Shown here piece by piece: positions 17,887 through 28,151 of a DNA stretch of 64,000 nt (within the stretch, counting starts at the first letter, position 1; each line of letters starts with the position of its first letter). The notes under the pieces were generated by a model. That model was not told the origin of the DNA, searched no databases, and saw nothing but the letters and a program-made list of their open reading frames with translations. A program made the translations under genes and the position numbers. The stretch comes from Blastocatellia bacterium (lineage in GTDB: Bacteria; Acidobacteriota; Blastocatellia; RBC074): positions 416 to 64,415 of the forward strand of contig DASRDU010000099.1 of assembly GCA_035652435.1 (NCBI GenBank), written 5' to 3'.

Positions 17887-19965
17887 TCAATAGTTGAAGA
17901 CAAAGTCCATCTTGTTGAGCAGCGCCCACTGAATCGCCTCAGCCGCCCCCTGCCTGCCCATTGATGTGAAGAGCGGGGTGAGCGTGTTCAGTTCTGTGTC
18001 CGTCGGGTTGCGCGAGAGCGAGTTCAGGTAGAGCTGGGTGATGACCTGCTGCGACGTCAGGCTCGTGTCGGCGAGCAACCGGGACACGGTCGAGCCGGCG
18101 TTACTGTTGTGAATCCGGGTCATCACGAAGGTGTGATTCATCAGGTTGAGCGCCTGCAAAATTGACGGCTCGAGCGAACGCGGCTTGACGTCGCGATCCC
18201 CGCGGACGAACGAATTGAGGAAGGCAAGCGCCGTATTGACCCCGCGCGGCTCGGACGTATCCGGAAGCTGCATCGCCCAGTTCACCGTGAAGGTGTTGTT
18301 GCCGAGCGTGTCACGCAACTGATAGGTGACTCCGATGCCCGTTGCCCTGAGAATCGCGTCGTGGACTTCTTCGGCGTCCAGCCGCCGCACGTACTTGCGC
18401 GCGTAGTAGGGGACGAGCGCGAGGCTCCACGTGCCGGGGTACTGCGCGGAGAGCTGATAGGCGCTGGATTTGACGATCAGACCGATCAGGCTGCGGACGT
18501 TGTAATTCTGCTTGATGAATTCGTTCGCCAGCGCATCGAGCAGTTCGGCGTTGGCCGGTTGCAGCGTCCACCCCGCAGGCAGCTGCGCCGCCGGGTCCAG
18601 GCGCGCCGGGTCGAAGGTGTTCGACGGAGAGACGAGCGCCTCGACCATGATCTTCTCCCAGATGTAATTGACCGCGGCGCGCGCAAACTGCTTGTCAGAT
18701 GTGACGAGCCGCGCTATCGCCTGGCGGCGATTCTCGCCCCCATTGACGCCCCCGCCGCCGAGGATGTAACTCGGGCTGACTGTAGTCTGCGTGCCGTTGA
18801 TCGGGGTGCGGGCCTGACGGTTGCCGGAGTTGGTGTTGAGCTGGTATTCGCCGTTGGCGTTCTCCGACACTATGTATTTCGCGTAATTGGGTTGGGTCGA
18901 AAGAACCTGCCGCGCGCGGCGCGTGCGGGCGAAGAAGGCGCTCATCCCCCACGCCTCGGCGCGGGTGCGCTGCGAGCCCCACAGGTTGACCGCGTCCAGA
19001 TGCCCGGCGCCGTTGTGACAGAGCAGACAGTCGAGCGAATTGATGCCCAGAAACATAATCGAAGTGTTGACGGCCGTGCCGTCCATCGTGTCCTGCTGCG
19101 GCCCCATCGGGATGATGCCGCCGACGATGAAGTTCGCTTCGCCGTTGACGAAATTGTCGGCGCTGGCGGTGCTGCCGGCGGTGATCATTTCGGTCGCCAT
19201 CTGCGAATAGCTCTTGTTGGCGGAGACGGAATTTTTGATGTAATTGTAAAAAGCATCGCGCCCGCCGGTGTAACGCGTCACGTTGGTGGCTCTGGCGGTG
19301 TTCCTGAACAGGTCGCCGAAGAACATCGTCCACTTGTCCACGTACTCCGGCGAGCCGACCAGAGAATCCACGAGCGCGTCGCGCTTGTTGGGATTGGTGT
19401 CACTGAGGAAACTGGTCACTGCCGACGCCGCGGGAATGCGCCCGGTCAGGTCGAGGTAAACGCGGCGGATGAATTCCGCGTCCGTGCAGACGGGGGCCGA
19501 CTGCACGTTGTCGCGCGCCATCCGGTCAAACAGGATGTTATCAATGAAGTTTTTGCGCGGGATGTCCTGCGGCGCCGCCAGCTCAACATCGGGCATCTCC
19601 AAGGTGCTGGTGATCTTTTCAGTCGTCCGTGAAACTTCCTCACGGTGGCGGGCCAGCGCCCCGCGCAGGCTTTCCGGGTCGCGCAGGAAAGAGCAGTCAT
19701 TTCTGGTGACTTTCGGGTATTCCCCGGCGCTCTGCTGTTCCTCGTCGGTTTTATCCTGCCGGGCGCTCTGCCGCTCGTCGGCTGTCTGCCGCCGTCCGGC
19801 TCTCTCCTGCCCCCCATCAAAGGCGGCGAATGAGATGGATCGCAGCCCCATCTGGTCGAGCGCGAATACTAGTGCAGCGATTACGAACACCAGCGACAGA
19901 TACCGCTTTAATCGGCCAGCTGGCCGGCGTCCGCCGGAGATTCTTTTCGCGCCTGTCATTGGCAT
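17887..19965 (-). CDS. DUF1549/DUF1553 domain protein (PSD1-type, Planctomycete/Acidobacteria family partner of DUF1501)
   Basis: N-terminal TM helix, the CLLCHNGAGHLD motif, and a length of 692 aa. It sits 22 nt upstream of the DUF1501 gene. AGGAGG Shine-Dalgarno. Confidence 0.8.
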   Translation of the reverse strand: MPMTGAKRISGGRRPAGRLKRYLSLVFVIAALVFALDQMGLRSISFAAFDGGQERAGRRQTADERQSARQDKTDEEQQSAGEYPKVTRNDCSFLRDPESLRGALARHREEVSRTTEKITSTLEMPDVELAAPQDIPRKNFIDNILFDRMARDNVQSAPVCTDAEFIRRVYLDLTGRIPAASAVTSFLSDTNPNKRDALVDSLVGSPEYVDKWTMFFGDLFRNTARATNVTRYTGGRDAFYNYIKNSVSANKSYSQMATEMITAGSTASADNFVNGEANFIVGGIIPMGPQQDTMDGTAVNTSIMFLGINSLDCLLCHNGAGHLDAVNLWGSQRTRAEAWGMSAFFARTRRARQVLSTQPNYAKYIVSENANGEYQLNTNSGNRQARTPINGTQTTVSPSYILGGGGVNGGENRRQAIARLVTSDKQFARAAVNYIWEKIMVEALVSPSNTFDPARLDPAAQLPAGWTLQPANAELLDALANEFIKQNYNVRSLIGLIVKSSAYQLSAQYPGTWSLALVPYYARKYVRRLDAEEVHDAILRATGIGVTYQLRDTLGNNTFTVNWAMQLPDTSEPRGVNTALAFLNSFVRGDRDVKPRSLEPSILQALNLMNHTFVMTRIHNSNAGSTVSRLLADTSLTSQQVITQLYLNSLSRNPTDTELNTLTPLFTSMGRQGAAEAIQWALLNKMDFVFNY

Positions 19966-20305
19966 AAGACCCTCCTGTCGTCTGAAAAACTTTGCCGGGG
20001 AAGATATTCAACAGGCATGACCTGTCCGGAGGTGAGGTTTGAGTGTTTCCTGTCACAATGCCCGATTCCCAAAACAGGGGCGGGCTGTTTTCGTGTTTCG
20101 TCCTCCGGACTCTGCACTTGCGCAGGGGAAGCGGATCAGCCGAGCCCGCAGTGAACGAGGGGTTAGATCACCCCCGGGGCTGTTTGGACTGAATAAATTT
20201 TCGGCCCTGCCGCCCGCCATAGTTTCCCGTCAGGTGACACCGTGAACTAGCACTCAATCTCCCTGCCCGAGTCCTGATCACAGTCTGCAACAAGCACTTA
20301 CCCTG

Positions 20306-20320
20306 CGGCACATTGATTGC
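20306..20320 (+). promoter_or_regulatory. sigma-54 (RpoN) promoter cGGCAC-N5-TTGC with canonical -24/-12 spacing
   Basis: CGGCACATTGATTGC matches TGGCAC-N5-TTGC at all but the first position. It lies about 52 nt upstream of the ATG at 20373. Confidence 0.5.
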
Positions 20321-20372
20321 CCGGGCCGTGGATGAAACTCCTCGCTCTTCGTCTTCAACAGGAGGAACAATC

Positions 20373-22520
20373 ATGCCCGGCAGATCGAAAAGACAGGCAC
20401 TGGTCGTTAGTCTCTGGCTGCTCGTGATGACAGGAGTCACGCTCGTCCCGCGGGCCACCGGCGGCCAGCAGGCATTACCAAAATCGGCAGCAGCAGAAGC
20501 GGCAGAACAGGCCCGGAGCGTTCTCCGCCTGCGCTGCTTTCAATGTCACGGCCAGAACGGCATGGCGGCGAAAAATGTCTTCGTGCTTGACCGCGCCCGG
20601 CTCGTCGCTTCGCAGACGGTAACTCCGGGCGACGCCGGCTCACTGCTTCTCAAGGTCGTCGAGAGCGGCGTGATGCCCTTGGGCGGGCCGGAACTCGCGG
20701 CGGATGAAAAGGCGGCGCTGCGCAACTGGATCCTGGGCGGCGCGCCGGACTGGGATTCGGGAAGCACGACGACAAAGCCGCGCGCGTTCCTTTCCGAAGC
20801 GTCTCTGCTGAAGATGATTCGCGACGATCTGGAACTGGCGCCCACACGTGAACGGCCCTTCCTGCGCTACCTGAGCCTCGCGCACCTTTACAACGCGGGT
20901 GTCGCGGACGATGAGCTTGATAATTACCGCGCCGGGCTGGCCAGGCTGGTCAATAGTCTTTCCTGGCACCGCGAGATCACGCAGCCCGCACCAGTTGACC
21001 CTTTGCGGACTTTGTTCCGCATTGACCTGCGCGATTACCAGTGGACCGCCGAACAGTGGCAGAAGGTTATCGCGGCTTACCCTTACGGCCTGATTGCGCC
21101 GGAAGCGGAACGCATCACGCGGCTGTCGGGCGAAATAGTGCCTTACGTGCGCGCAGACTGGTTTACGGCTCAGGCTTCGGTGCCGCCGCTTTACCACGAA
21201 ATCCTTGGGCTGCCATTCACCGCGAGCGAACTGGAGCGGCGGCTGGGCGTGGACGCGGAGCGCAACCTGACCGAAGAGAAGAATGTGATCCGCGCGGGCG
21301 TCCGTTCGAGCGGCGTCTCGCAGAACAATCGCGTCCTGGAACGTCACGTTTCGCCCTTCGGCGCATACTGGCGGAGCTACGATTTCCGAGGCAGTTCCGG
21401 CGACCAGAACATCTTCGCCGACCCGCTGCGGCTGAATCCGGCGGGCGGCGAAATCATTTTCAACCTGCCGAACGGGTTGCAGGCCTACTTTCTGGCCGAC
21501 GCGCGCGGGCGCCGGATTGACGCGGCCCCGGTCGAGATCGTCTCCGACCGCAACCAGCCTGATGACCCCGTGATCCGCAACGGGCGTTCCTGCCTGAGTT
21601 GTCATTACGCTGGGATGAAATCATTCAATGATGACGTGCGCCCGACCCTGTTGAAGGTAAATGCCGCGTCGTTTGATCACGAACGCGCTCTCGCGCTCTA
21701 TGTTTCGCAGGCGAGACTCAACCGGAAGCTGGCGGAAGACGAGGAGCGGTTCCGCCGAGCCGAAGCGCAGATGGGCGGCAGGCCCGCGAGTAATGCAAAC
21801 ACGGAGCCCGTTAATGCACTGTCCCGCAGGTTCAATGCCGAGTTGTCTGTCGCGCAGGCCGCGGCGGAAGTCGGTCTTGAGCCGCGTGATTTTCAGGACC
21901 GGATTCGATGGAACCGCCGATTGGACGCGCTGGGGCTGGGGCAGCTGCTGACGGCAAACAGCGGGCTCAGGCGCGACGTATGGGAAAGGCATTTCGGCGA
22001 GGTGGTGCGCGAACTGCAACTGGGAGTGGTCGTGTCGGGAAGGGCCGCGGCGGCGCGAGGCACCTGGGCCGGCGCGAACGCGGATCGGCTGGCACTGACC
22101 GCCGCGAATCGCCGGGCCGCGCCGCCCGCTCAAGCCCGCCCGTTGTCGAATCCGAATGCTGCAAATAATGATCTGGCCGATCTGCTGAACGGGGCGAGGA
22201 GCGCCCTGATCAGGTCAGAGACCGTTTACCTGCGGCAGGAGCTGCTTGAAGCGGCGCTGCAGAAGCTGCCGCAGTTTCAGTCGCTGGGAATCGCGATTGT
22301 CAAAGACCCGCAGGCCGCCGATCTGGTGATTGACCTCAACCGCCCGCTCTTCACCTTCGACTTCACTTATTCGGTCACCCACCGGGCGACGAGCAGGCTG
22401 CTCCTGAGCGGCAAGGTCGTCGCCTTCGACGGCAACACCGCCGCGCCGAAGATTGCCGGGGAACTGGTCAAACGGGTGCAGGCCGCGCGCCCCCAGGGCG
22501 CCGGCTCAGGCCTGAGGTAA
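20373..22520 (+). CDS. secreted cytochrome c-like protein with two CxxCH motifs (PSCyt-like N-terminal domain); function unknown
   Basis: Signal/TM segment, CFQCHG at the N-terminus and CLSCHYAGM mid-protein. A perfect AGGAGG Shine-Dalgarno precedes the ATG at 20373. Length 715 aa. Confidence 0.7.
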   Translation: MPGRSKRQALVVSLWLLVMTGVTLVPRATGGQQALPKSAAAEAAEQARSVLRLRCFQCHGQNGMAAKNVFVLDRARLVASQTVTPGDAGSLLLKVVESGVMPLGGPELAADEKAALRNWILGGAPDWDSGSTTTKPRAFLSEASLLKMIRDDLELAPTRERPFLRYLSLAHLYNAGVADDELDNYRAGLARLVNSLSWHREITQPAPVDPLRTLFRIDLRDYQWTAEQWQKVIAAYPYGLIAPEAERITRLSGEIVPYVRADWFTAQASVPPLYHEILGLPFTASELERRLGVDAERNLTEEKNVIRAGVRSSGVSQNNRVLERHVSPFGAYWRSYDFRGSSGDQNIFADPLRLNPAGGEIIFNLPNGLQAYFLADARGRRIDAAPVEIVSDRNQPDDPVIRNGRSCLSCHYAGMKSFNDDVRPTLLKVNAASFDHERALALYVSQARLNRKLAEDEERFRRAEAQMGGRPASNANTEPVNALSRRFNAELSVAQAAAEVGLEPRDFQDRIRWNRRLDALGLGQLLTANSGLRRDVWERHFGEVVRELQLGVVVSGRAAAARGTWAGANADRLALTAANRRAAPPAQARPLSNPNAANNDLADLLNGARSALIRSETVYLRQELLEAALQKLPQFQSLGIAIVKDPQAADLVIDLNRPLFTFDFTYSVTHRATSRLLLSGKVVAFDGNTAAPKIAGELVKRVQAARPQGAGSGLR

Positions 22521-22598
22521 GAAGAGATTGCCTGTGATACTGAGCCCGGGTTTTGGCATGATGAGAGCGCAAAATCCGGTTCGGTATCACAGGCTCGA

Positions 22599-23300
22599 AT
22601 GAAAATCTCCGTCATCATCCCGGTCCTCAACGAGCGCGACAACCTGCCCGCGACGCTTGAAGCGCTCGGCAAAACGGCGGCAGGCGCGGATGAGATCGCC
22701 GAGATCATCATTGTTGACGGCGGGAGCAGTGACGGCACGCGCGAATGGCTGGGTCAGCAATCGGATCTCCGCGTTCTTGATTCCGAGCGCGGGCGCGGCG
22801 TGCAGTTGCACACAGGCGCGCAGGCCGCGACCGGCGAGGCGTTATTGTTTCTGCATGGCGATTGTCTGCTGCCGCCCGGCGCGACGCAATTGATTGCCAG
22901 GGCGCTGTCTGACAAATCCGTCGCGGGCGGGTGTTTTCTGATCGGGTTTGCCGAACGGCGTCCGCCCTCGCTCGGCCTGATCGCGCGCGGCATCAACGCC
23001 CGCACGATTGTCACGCGCACCGGCACGGGCGATCAGGCGATCTTTGTGCGACAGGAAGTTTACGAAGCTGTCGGCGGGTTCAGGCCCTGGCCGTTGTTTG
23101 AAGACGTGGACATCGTCGCGCGCATCAGACGGAGAGGGAAGTTCGTCGTGCTGCGCTCCGCCGTGACCATCTCGGCGCGGCGCTGGATCGCGCACGGCCC
23201 CTGGCGGACGACGTTTCTGATGTACGCGCTGCGCGTCGGTTACTGGCTGGGCATTCCGCCCGCCAGGCTCAAGCAGTGGTTTGTGGATGTTCGGCGGTGA
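22599..23300 (+). CDS. family-2 glycosyltransferase (TIGR04283-type)
   Basis: [10 protein letters not shown]...[11 protein letters not shown] glycosyltransferase family 2 N-terminus with DxD context; 233 aa. Confidence 0.8.
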   Translation: MKISVIIPVLNERDNLPATLEALGKTAAGADEIAEIIIVDGGSSDGTREWLGQQSDLRVLDSERGRGVQLHTGAQAATGEALLFLHGDCLLPPGATQLIARALSDKSVAGGCFLIGFAERRPPSLGLIARGINARTIVTRTGTGDQAIFVRQEVYEAVGGFRPWPLFEDVDIVARIRRRGKFVVLRSAVTISARRWIAHGPWRTTFLMYALRVGYWLGIPPARLKQWFVDVRR

Positions 23301-23739
23301 GGACTTCGATTGAATCGCCGGCGCGCACGATTCCGCCCGCAGTGATACGCCCGAGCAGGCCGCAGTTGCCGTAAAGGCGTTTGGGCAGGCGGTTGTCAAT
23401 TCTGGTCAGGTTGCGGCAGGGAACGCGAGGTTCGGAAATTTCGATGACCGAGCTGCCGATGCGCAGCCGCGTGCCGACGGCGAGCGAGTCGAGCCGGATA
23501 TTTTCGGTGATCAGATTCGCGCTGATCTTTTCAGCCGTCACATCGAAGCCTTCTGCCCTCAACGTCCCGAGCAATTCGCTTTCAAAGAGGCTGACCTGAC
23601 GGTCCGCGTCGCGCCCGGCGTGGCTGTCGCCTTTGATGCCGTGGCCCGCAACGAGTTCAGCGCCCTCAATCGCAATCTTGGCCGCGCCTTTCCGGGTGCC
23701 GATGAAAATGCCAGTCAGTTTTCCTGCCCGAAAACTCAT
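23269..23739 (-). CDS. MOSC domain-containing protein
   Basis: GIKGDSHAG and the conserved Cys (EPRVPCRNL) of the MOSC beta-barrel; 156 aa. Its 3' end is convergent with, and overlaps, the glycosyltransferase gene. Confidence 0.75.
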   Translation of the reverse strand: MSFRAGKLTGIFIGTRKGAAKIAIEGAELVAGHGIKGDSHAGRDADRQVSLFESELLGTLRAEGFDVTAEKISANLITENIRLDSLAVGTRLRIGSSVIEISEPRVPCRNLTRIDNRLPKRLYGNCGLLGRITAGGIVRAGDSIEVLTAEHPQTTA

Positions 23740-23746
23740 GCCGTCT

Positions 23747-25882
<2,136 letters not shown>

Positions 25883-26027
25883 CAGTCTGGTTTTGTCAGG
25901 CGGGCAAAGTTCGCATCCCTCTTAATGCGCCAGTCTACACAGACCGCCGCGCGTTGTGCAAGACTCCGACCGTATGCGAAGATGCATCTGAGTTGGGAGC
26001 ATCCACCTTAGACCTGTCAAAGCCGGA

Positions 26028-26615
26028 ATGCAGATACCAATTCATCAGAGCAATGCCGACCTGAGCCTGCTCAGCGCCATGATTACCCCGGCGGTGCTGA
26101 TCTCGGCGTGCGGCACGCTGATCTTCTCGACCTCGACCCGGCTGGCCCGGATCGTGGACCGCGTCCGCGACCTGAGTTCGCAGATCGAGCAGGAGTGCGC
26201 CGGCGCGGTGACGGATTTCCCGCGGGAGCGGCGCGCCGAAATCGAGCGGCAGCTCGGCATCCACGCGCGGCGGAGCCGGCTCGTCCAGGGGTCTCTGACC
26301 AGTTTTTATGTCGCACTCGGCCTGTTCGTCGCCGCCACGGTCAGCATTGGGATAGTAGCGGTTGTTCACGCAGTGGCGTGGCTGCCAACCGTGCTGGGCA
26401 TCGCCGGCACCGTCGTGATGTTTTACGGCAGCATGCTGCTGATTGCGGAAACCCGGCTGGCATTGCGGTCAGTCAGTTCGGAGATGGAATTCATCCTGCG
26501 GCTGCACGAAATGTATCTGGCGCGTCAGGCGAAAGCCGAAGGTGACGGCGCCCCGGTTGAACCGGAGAATCCGGGCGTACTCAGGCGACTGACGCAACGC
26601 CTGAAGAGCAATTAG
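26028..26615 (+). CDS. DUF2721 membrane protein
   Basis: MITPAVLISACGTLIFSTSTRLARIVDRVR N-terminus typical of DUF2721, with two further TM segments. Confidence 0.7.
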   Translation: MQIPIHQSNADLSLLSAMITPAVLISACGTLIFSTSTRLARIVDRVRDLSSQIEQECAGAVTDFPRERRAEIERQLGIHARRSRLVQGSLTSFYVALGLFVAATVSIGIVAVVHAVAWLPTVLGIAGTVVMFYGSMLLIAETRLALRSVSSEMEFILRLHEMYLARQAKAEGDGAPVEPENPGVLRRLTQRLKSN

Positions 26616-26629
26616 TCCGACACCCGACC

Positions 26630-27076
26630 ATGAAAAAAGTCAGGATAGTGTGTGACGGCAGCAGCCTCGGCAATGGCCGGGGTGAGACGCGCGCCGCCGC
26701 CGCGGCGGTGCTGGAATACGGCGGCAGGCGCAAAATCATCGGCACGTACCTGGGTAATGCCACCAACCAGCAGGCCGAGATCGTCGCCGCCTGCGTCGCG
26801 CTCGAAGCGCTCACAGAACCCTGCCGGGTCGAACTCATTTCGGATTCGCAGTACGTCATCAGTACGATGAAGGGACTGTTCAAGCGGAAAGCCAACCTCG
26901 AACTGTGGCAGCGGCTTGATCGCGCGGCGCAGCAGCATAAGATCGAATGGACGTGGACGCGCGGGCACGCGGGCCACGAGGTTCAGGAGATGTGTGACGA
27001 GGCCGCACGCCTGATCGCGGAAACAGGAGAGGTTGACGCGGAGGCGCTGCGCCGGATTCTGCAGGGCAGTGAGTAG
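26630..27076 (+). CDS. rnhA: ribonuclease HI
   Basis: DGSSLGNG, TNNQAEI-like TNQQAEI, and the WTWTRGHAGHEVQE catalytic C-terminus; 148 aa. Confidence 0.85.
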   Translation: MKKVRIVCDGSSLGNGRGETRAAAAAVLEYGGRRKIIGTYLGNATNQQAEIVAACVALEALTEPCRVELISDSQYVISTMKGLFKRKANLELWQRLDRAAQQHKIEWTWTRGHAGHEVQEMCDEAARLIAETGEVDAEALRRILQGSE

Positions 27077-27144
27077 CCCGGGCGCGCGGCGAAGTCCGCG
27101 GGAGAGCGGCAGGGAGGTAAATTTCCGGAGCCGGCCCTCCCACC

Positions 27145-27174
27145 TTGACTGTTTGCGGCTATTACTTCTATAGT
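27145..27174 (+). promoter_or_regulatory. sigma-70-like promoter of the act-cox operon (TTGACT-N18-TATAGT)
   Basis: Located in the AT-richer roughly 420-nt intergenic region upstream of actA. Confidence 0.4.
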
Positions 27175-27200
27175 ACGCGCTCTTGTATCGTCCATGATCC

Positions 27201-27219
27201 TGTCAGTCTGTGACTGACA
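27201..27219 (+). promoter_or_regulatory. perfect 8-3-8 palindrome TGTCAGTC-TGT-GACTGACA about 27 nt downstream of the -10; candidate operator for the respiratory operon
   Basis: Inverted repeat read directly. It shares the core with 6598-6621. Confidence 0.3.
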
Positions 27220-27494
27220 ACTCAATGTAAAAATAACCGGTCGAGGCTCCGGTGTTTGCAGTCATAACCTCCGTTTGATCGGCCTCCAACAAAGAATCCG
27301 CTTGTCATAGCAGGAATCCAGACCGCTTGATCACCGAAAAAGCAGTCGGCTGGATGTCAAAAGAGAGTCTCCCTGAGAGTCCCAAAGGAGGCCTGATAGG
27401 ATTGAGACGGATTCTGTGAAATAATTCTCTTGCCACTTTCGCTGGCGCTTTTCAGTATCGCACCGTGACTGCTGAAGGGCTTCAGAGGATTGAT

Positions 27495-28151
27495 ATGGAA
27501 TCAAAACTGATCTTCCCGAAGTGGATCAACAAAGTGGTCGCACTGGTTCTGGTGGGCGGCGGTCTGGCGACATTTGCGGGCGCGGGGACGACTTATTTTA
27601 TTTCCCAGCCCGAGTTCACCGACATCGGCTATCAGCCCACGCAGCCGGTCCCGTACAGCCACAAGCTGCACGCCGGCCAGATAGGGATGGATTGCCGGTT
27701 CTGCCACTCGACGGTTGAGAAGACCGGCTTTGCCGCGATCCCACCCACGCAGACCTGCATGCTCTGTCACACCGCGATCAAGAATGACAGCCCGAAGCTC
27801 GCCAGAATCCGCGAAAGCTTCGCGACAGGCAACCCCGTCGAGTGGAAGAAGGTCCACAAGGTCGCCGACTTCGCCTACTTCAATCACAGCGCGCATGTGA
27901 ACGCCGGGGTCGGCTGCTCGACCTGTCACGGGCGCATTGACCAGATGGACGTCGTCAAACAGGTCAGCCCGGTCTCCATGCCCTGGTGCATTGCCTGTCA
28001 TAAAGAGCCCGAGAAGGTGCTGCGCCCGCTCGACCAGATCACCAAGATGGACTGGGAGCCGGGCAGCGATCAGGTCGAGAAGGGGCGTCAATTCGTCAAA
28101 GATAGAAAGATCAAACCTCCCGTCGAAAACTGCTGGGGATGCCACCGATGA
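27495..28151 (+). CDS. actA: Alternative Complex III subunit ActA (pentaheme cytochrome c)
   Basis: Five CxxCH motifs (CRFCH, CMLCH, CSTCH, CIACH, CWGCH) and an N-terminal TM anchor. The ATG at 27495 follows AGAGGA; the listed ORF starts at an upstream GTG. Confidence 0.85.
   Translation: MESKLIFPKWINKVVALVLVGGGLATFAGAGTTYFISQPEFTDIGYQPTQPVPYSHKLHAGQIGMDCRFCHSTVEKTGFAAIPPTQTCMLCHTAIKNDSPKLARIRESFATGNPVEWKKVHKVADFAYFNHSAHVNAGVGCSTCHGRIDQMDVVKQVSPVSMPWCIACHKEPEKVLRPLDQITKMDWEPGSDQVEKGRQFVKDRKIKPPVENCWGCHR

Noticed and set aside
27465-27494. Upstream GTG start for actA listed in the ORF track
   Set aside because: The ATG at 27495 has a properly spaced AGAGGA Shine-Dalgarno and begins the TM anchor, whereas the GTG extension lacks a ribosome-binding site.
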